From contig JBDRQW010000046.1 of the NCBI GenBank assembly GCA_043826085.1, positions 1 through 33,070 on the forward strand: DNA of 33,070 bases. Reading direction: 5' to 3'. This DNA is from Candidatus Beckwithbacteria bacterium (GTDB taxonomy: Bacteria; Patescibacteriota; Microgenomatia; UBA1400; CG1-02-47-37). Made by a program: the position numbers and the translations under genes. Each line of letters starts with the position of its first letter. The stretch's first letter is position 1. Below the pieces are notes generated by a model, which was given only the letters and a program-made list of their open reading frames with translations, was not told the origin of the DNA and did no database searches. This document shows, piece by piece, positions 31,733 through 33,070 of this stretch.

Positions 31733-32149
31733 TTATCGCGGTTCAACTCGTTTAATTTGTTTAAACTTATCAAAATCCCGATCATAAGAATAAACTCTTT
31801 TTATCTTAGACTTAACCATATAAGCCACTATTAAAGCATCTTCAAAGTCCACTTTTTTATCAATCATATAATCCAAAGCCAATAAAAAAACATTTTTATT
31901 TTCCATTTTTAACCCCTTCATCTCTATAATCGGAATTAAAACCTGCCTGACTTTTTCCATTGAAAGGGCATATAACTTTTTAGAACTTAATGTATAAACC
32001 ACTTCAGCTAAAACAGCCTCAATAACAATTAGTTTAATTTTACCTTGTTCAACTAACTTAAATAGCTCAAAAACTTTTTTTGCTTTTTTTTCATCATCCT
32101 TTGTAATAAATCGAATAAAAATATTAGTATCTACAAACTTAACCTTCAT
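31733..32149 (-). CDS. vapC: PIN-domain toxin VapC
   Basis: 138 aa. VDTNIFIRF start (first acidic residue) and later D/E residues (EAVLAEV, DFEDALI). 4-nt overlap with the upstream antitoxin. Confidence 0.8.
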   Translation of the reverse strand: MKVKFVDTNIFIRFITKDDEKKAKKVFELFKLVEQGKIKLIVIEAVLAEVVYTLSSKKLYALSMEKVRQVLIPIIEMKGLKMENKNVFLLALDYMIDKKVDFEDALIVAYMVKSKIKRVYSYDRDFDKFKQIKRVEPR

Positions 32150-32400
32150 ATTAATTTATCTGCTCTTTCCTCTCTTACAATCTTTCTAATTTCTTTAAAA
32201 CTCTTTTTAATAGGCTTAACAGAACCATAAACTTCACTTAATGAAGACTTTCTGGGTCTTAATTGCACAGTCTTATTATCAAATAACTCAAGCACTACTC
32301 TTTTAACTTTACCAAGATTAAACAATTGCCTAATATCAACCGGAATCGTTACTTGACCCTTAGAACTAACCGGTAAAGAATAACTTTGTAAAACATTCAT
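32146..32400 (-). CDS. vapB: AbrB/SpoVT-type antitoxin VapB
   Basis: SSKGQVTIPVDIRQ is the looped-hinge SpoVT/AbrB motif. I place the start at MNVLQSY (32400), because the longer track ORF would run through the predicted promoter. Confidence 0.7.
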   Translation of the reverse strand: MNVLQSYSLPVSSKGQVTIPVDIRQLFNLGKVKRVVLELFDNKTVQLRPRKSSLSEVYGSVKPIKKSFKEIRKIVREERADKLI

Positions 32401-32409
32401 ATTAAGTAA

Positions 32410-32438
32410 AGAATAATATAAAAGTAAAGATTTGTCAA
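32410..32438 (-). promoter_or_regulatory. Sigma70-like promoter of vapBC
   Basis: On the minus strand: TTGACA (32438-32433), 17-nt spacer, TATTCT (32415-32410). The ATG is about 10 nt downstream. Confidence 0.4.
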
Positions 32439-32445
32439 TATCCTT

Positions 32446-32480
32446 TACGGTGCCACTTCCCGCCAAGAATAAATCGGTTT
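32446..32480. repeat. 35-nt direct repeat, copy A
   Basis: tacggTgccacttcccgccaAgaataaatcggttt matches 32924-32958 at 33 of 35 positions. Confidence 0.85.
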
Positions 32481-32482
32481 AT

Positions 32483-32854
32483 CTAGGCCGTCACTACCGC
32501 TCTTTCCAAATAATCAATTCTCTCTTCGTGATTATCCAATCTATCTCTATTTTTATCAGACCTATCAACATGAATTTCTCTCTCTTCTCTCATGTCTTTA
32601 AGTTCCCCCATCACTTCGGAAACCGCCCCCAAAATATCACTCCTAAACTCTTTTAATCTTGTCTCATTTTTTTCATCTTGCTCATCAAATCTAAGCTCCA
32701 TAGCCATTCTATGACCACCTAACTCATTTCTTAAACTACCCATATCCTTTTTTAGAACCTTAACGTCCTTTTTTAGAACCTTCACGTCCTTTTTAGTAGG
32801 ATCCAGCTCTTTTTTTAAGTCTTTTTTAGTTATTGGCCGATCATCATTCTTCAT
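32483..32854 (-). CDS. Hypothetical coiled-coil protein with an internal KKDVKVL duplication
   Basis: 123 aa, highly charged, heptad-like. Contains a 21-nt tandem repeat. Confidence 0.5.
   Translation of the reverse strand: MKNDDRPITKKDLKKELDPTKKDVKVLKKDVKVLKKDMGSLRNELGGHRMAMELRFDEQDEKNETRLKEFRSDILGAVSEVMGELKDMREEREIHVDRSDKNRDRLDNHEERIDYLERAVVTA
32746..32787. repeat. 21-nt tandem duplication (2 units plus a partial third)
   Basis: ccttttttagaaccttaacgt followed by ccttttttagaaccttcacgt, encoding KDVKVLK twice on the minus strand. Confidence 0.8.
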
Positions 32855-32864
32855 AACTAAAATC

Positions 32865-32894
32865 AGTATATCTCATCTCTTTAATTTCTGTCAA
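32865..32894 (-). promoter_or_regulatory. Sigma70-like promoter of the coiled-coil ORF
   Basis: On the minus strand: TTGACA (32894-32889), 18-nt spacer, TATACT (32870-32865). The ATG is about 10 nt downstream. Confidence 0.4.
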
Positions 32895-32922
32895 TAAATC
32901 ATCCCAAAAACCCAATACCGAC

Positions 32923-33069
32923 CTACGGCGCCACTTCCCGCCAGGAATAAATCGGTTTTTTCAGATATTTATAAATAGATAGCAAAAAATCCGGTCGATA
33001 TTTAAACATCTCAATCGGATTGGTATTATTTCGAGTATCTTCAAAATCCCTACACAAAGTCACTCCTCC
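32923..33069 (-). CDS. 3' end of an unidentified ORF entering from the right window edge
   Basis: The frame is open from the edge and reads ...GGVTLCRDFEDTRNNTNPIEMFKYRPDFLLSIYKYLKKPIYSWREVAP, then a stop (TAG, 32925-32923). The last 11 codons lie within repeat copy B. Confidence 0.25.
   Translation of the reverse strand, partial: GGVTLCRDFEDTRNNTNPIEMFKYRPDFLLSIYKYLKKPIYSWREVAP
32924..32958. repeat. 35-nt direct repeat, copy B
   Basis: tacggCgccacttcccgccaGgaataaatcggttt. Forms the coding 3' end of the partial ORF at the right edge. Confidence 0.85.
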
Positions 33070-33070
33070 C

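Noticed and set aside
1549-32656. Numerous 60-117-aa track ORFs antisense to or overlapping larger genes. Examples: 1549-1749, 2299-2571, 2719-2988, 2967-3155, 3216-3452, 4311-4565, 5905-6225, 7707-7892, 8124-8348, 9063-9278, 9390-9731, 10250-10779, 11023-11283, 11717-11953, 12358-12576, 12800-12988, 13968-14225, 14395-14628, 15089-15310, 18357-18710, 19809-20027, 20426-20623, 21649-21834, 26688-26870, 28518-28808, 29188-29376, 31599-31787 and 32432-32656.
   Set aside because: Each is fully or largely contained in a longer ORF on the other strand or frame that has clear family motifs. Their translations are compositionally odd (Ser/Leu/Phe/Ile-rich) and have no motifs.
32746-32796. CRISPR-like repeat array.
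   Set aside because: There are only two and a half directly abutting 21-nt units with no spacers, and they are translated in frame (KDVKVLK twice). The dispersed palindromes elsewhere are not regularly spaced. No cas genes are present.
1-33070. Alternative genetic code with UGA recoded, as in some candidate-phyla lineages.
   Set aside because: TGA terminates several ORFs at family-typical lengths: the 1878-2318 ORF, the YerC-like gene, the nitroreductase gene and rpmE. No conserved gene shows an in-frame TGA, so the standard bacterial code fits.

Overview
This is a densely coded, AT-rich (by eye) bacterial chromosome segment that uses the standard genetic code; TGA terminates several full-length genes. 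The housekeeping genes are compact: dnaB, hisS, rpmE-prfA, rpsF-ssb-rpsR-rplI, cysS, recR, ybaB-dnaX, rpsU-yqeY-ybeY and an INS-less proS. I infer a reduced-genome, Patescibacteria/CPR-like bacterium from this, but cannot prove it from the window. I found no rRNA, tRNA or CRISPR array.

Accessory content:
- Two type II toxin-antitoxin pairs: Phd/RelE at 3512-4071 and VapBC at 31733-32400.
- A RAYT/IS200-like Y1 transposase gene (24147-24833) inserted in the dnaX-ybaB...recR neighbourhood.
- A nicotinate phosphoribosyltransferase segment bracketed by identical 27-nt palindromic repeats.
- Several orphan ORFs.

The best candidate for an undescribed system is a five-gene operon at 4327-9984. It encodes a HutH-like MIO ammonia-lyase with a TSG triad, a nitroreductase-family flavoenzyme, a degenerate HisRS/HisZ-like class II aaRS paralog with no anticodon-binding domain, an M20 peptidase and an M29 aminopeptidase. 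It has its own promoter, a 23-nt palindrome, a 25-codon sORF and an intrinsic terminator upstream, and it lies directly upstream of the canonical hisS.

A second window-wide signal is an excess of perfect GC-rich palindromes (9-16 bp stems). Many are embedded in frame in coding sequence or supply stop codons, and one 23-nt element is present three times. Together with the Y1 transposase gene this suggests a REP/RPE-like mobile hairpin population.

All functional calls come from motifs read by eye in the translations. No database search was run.
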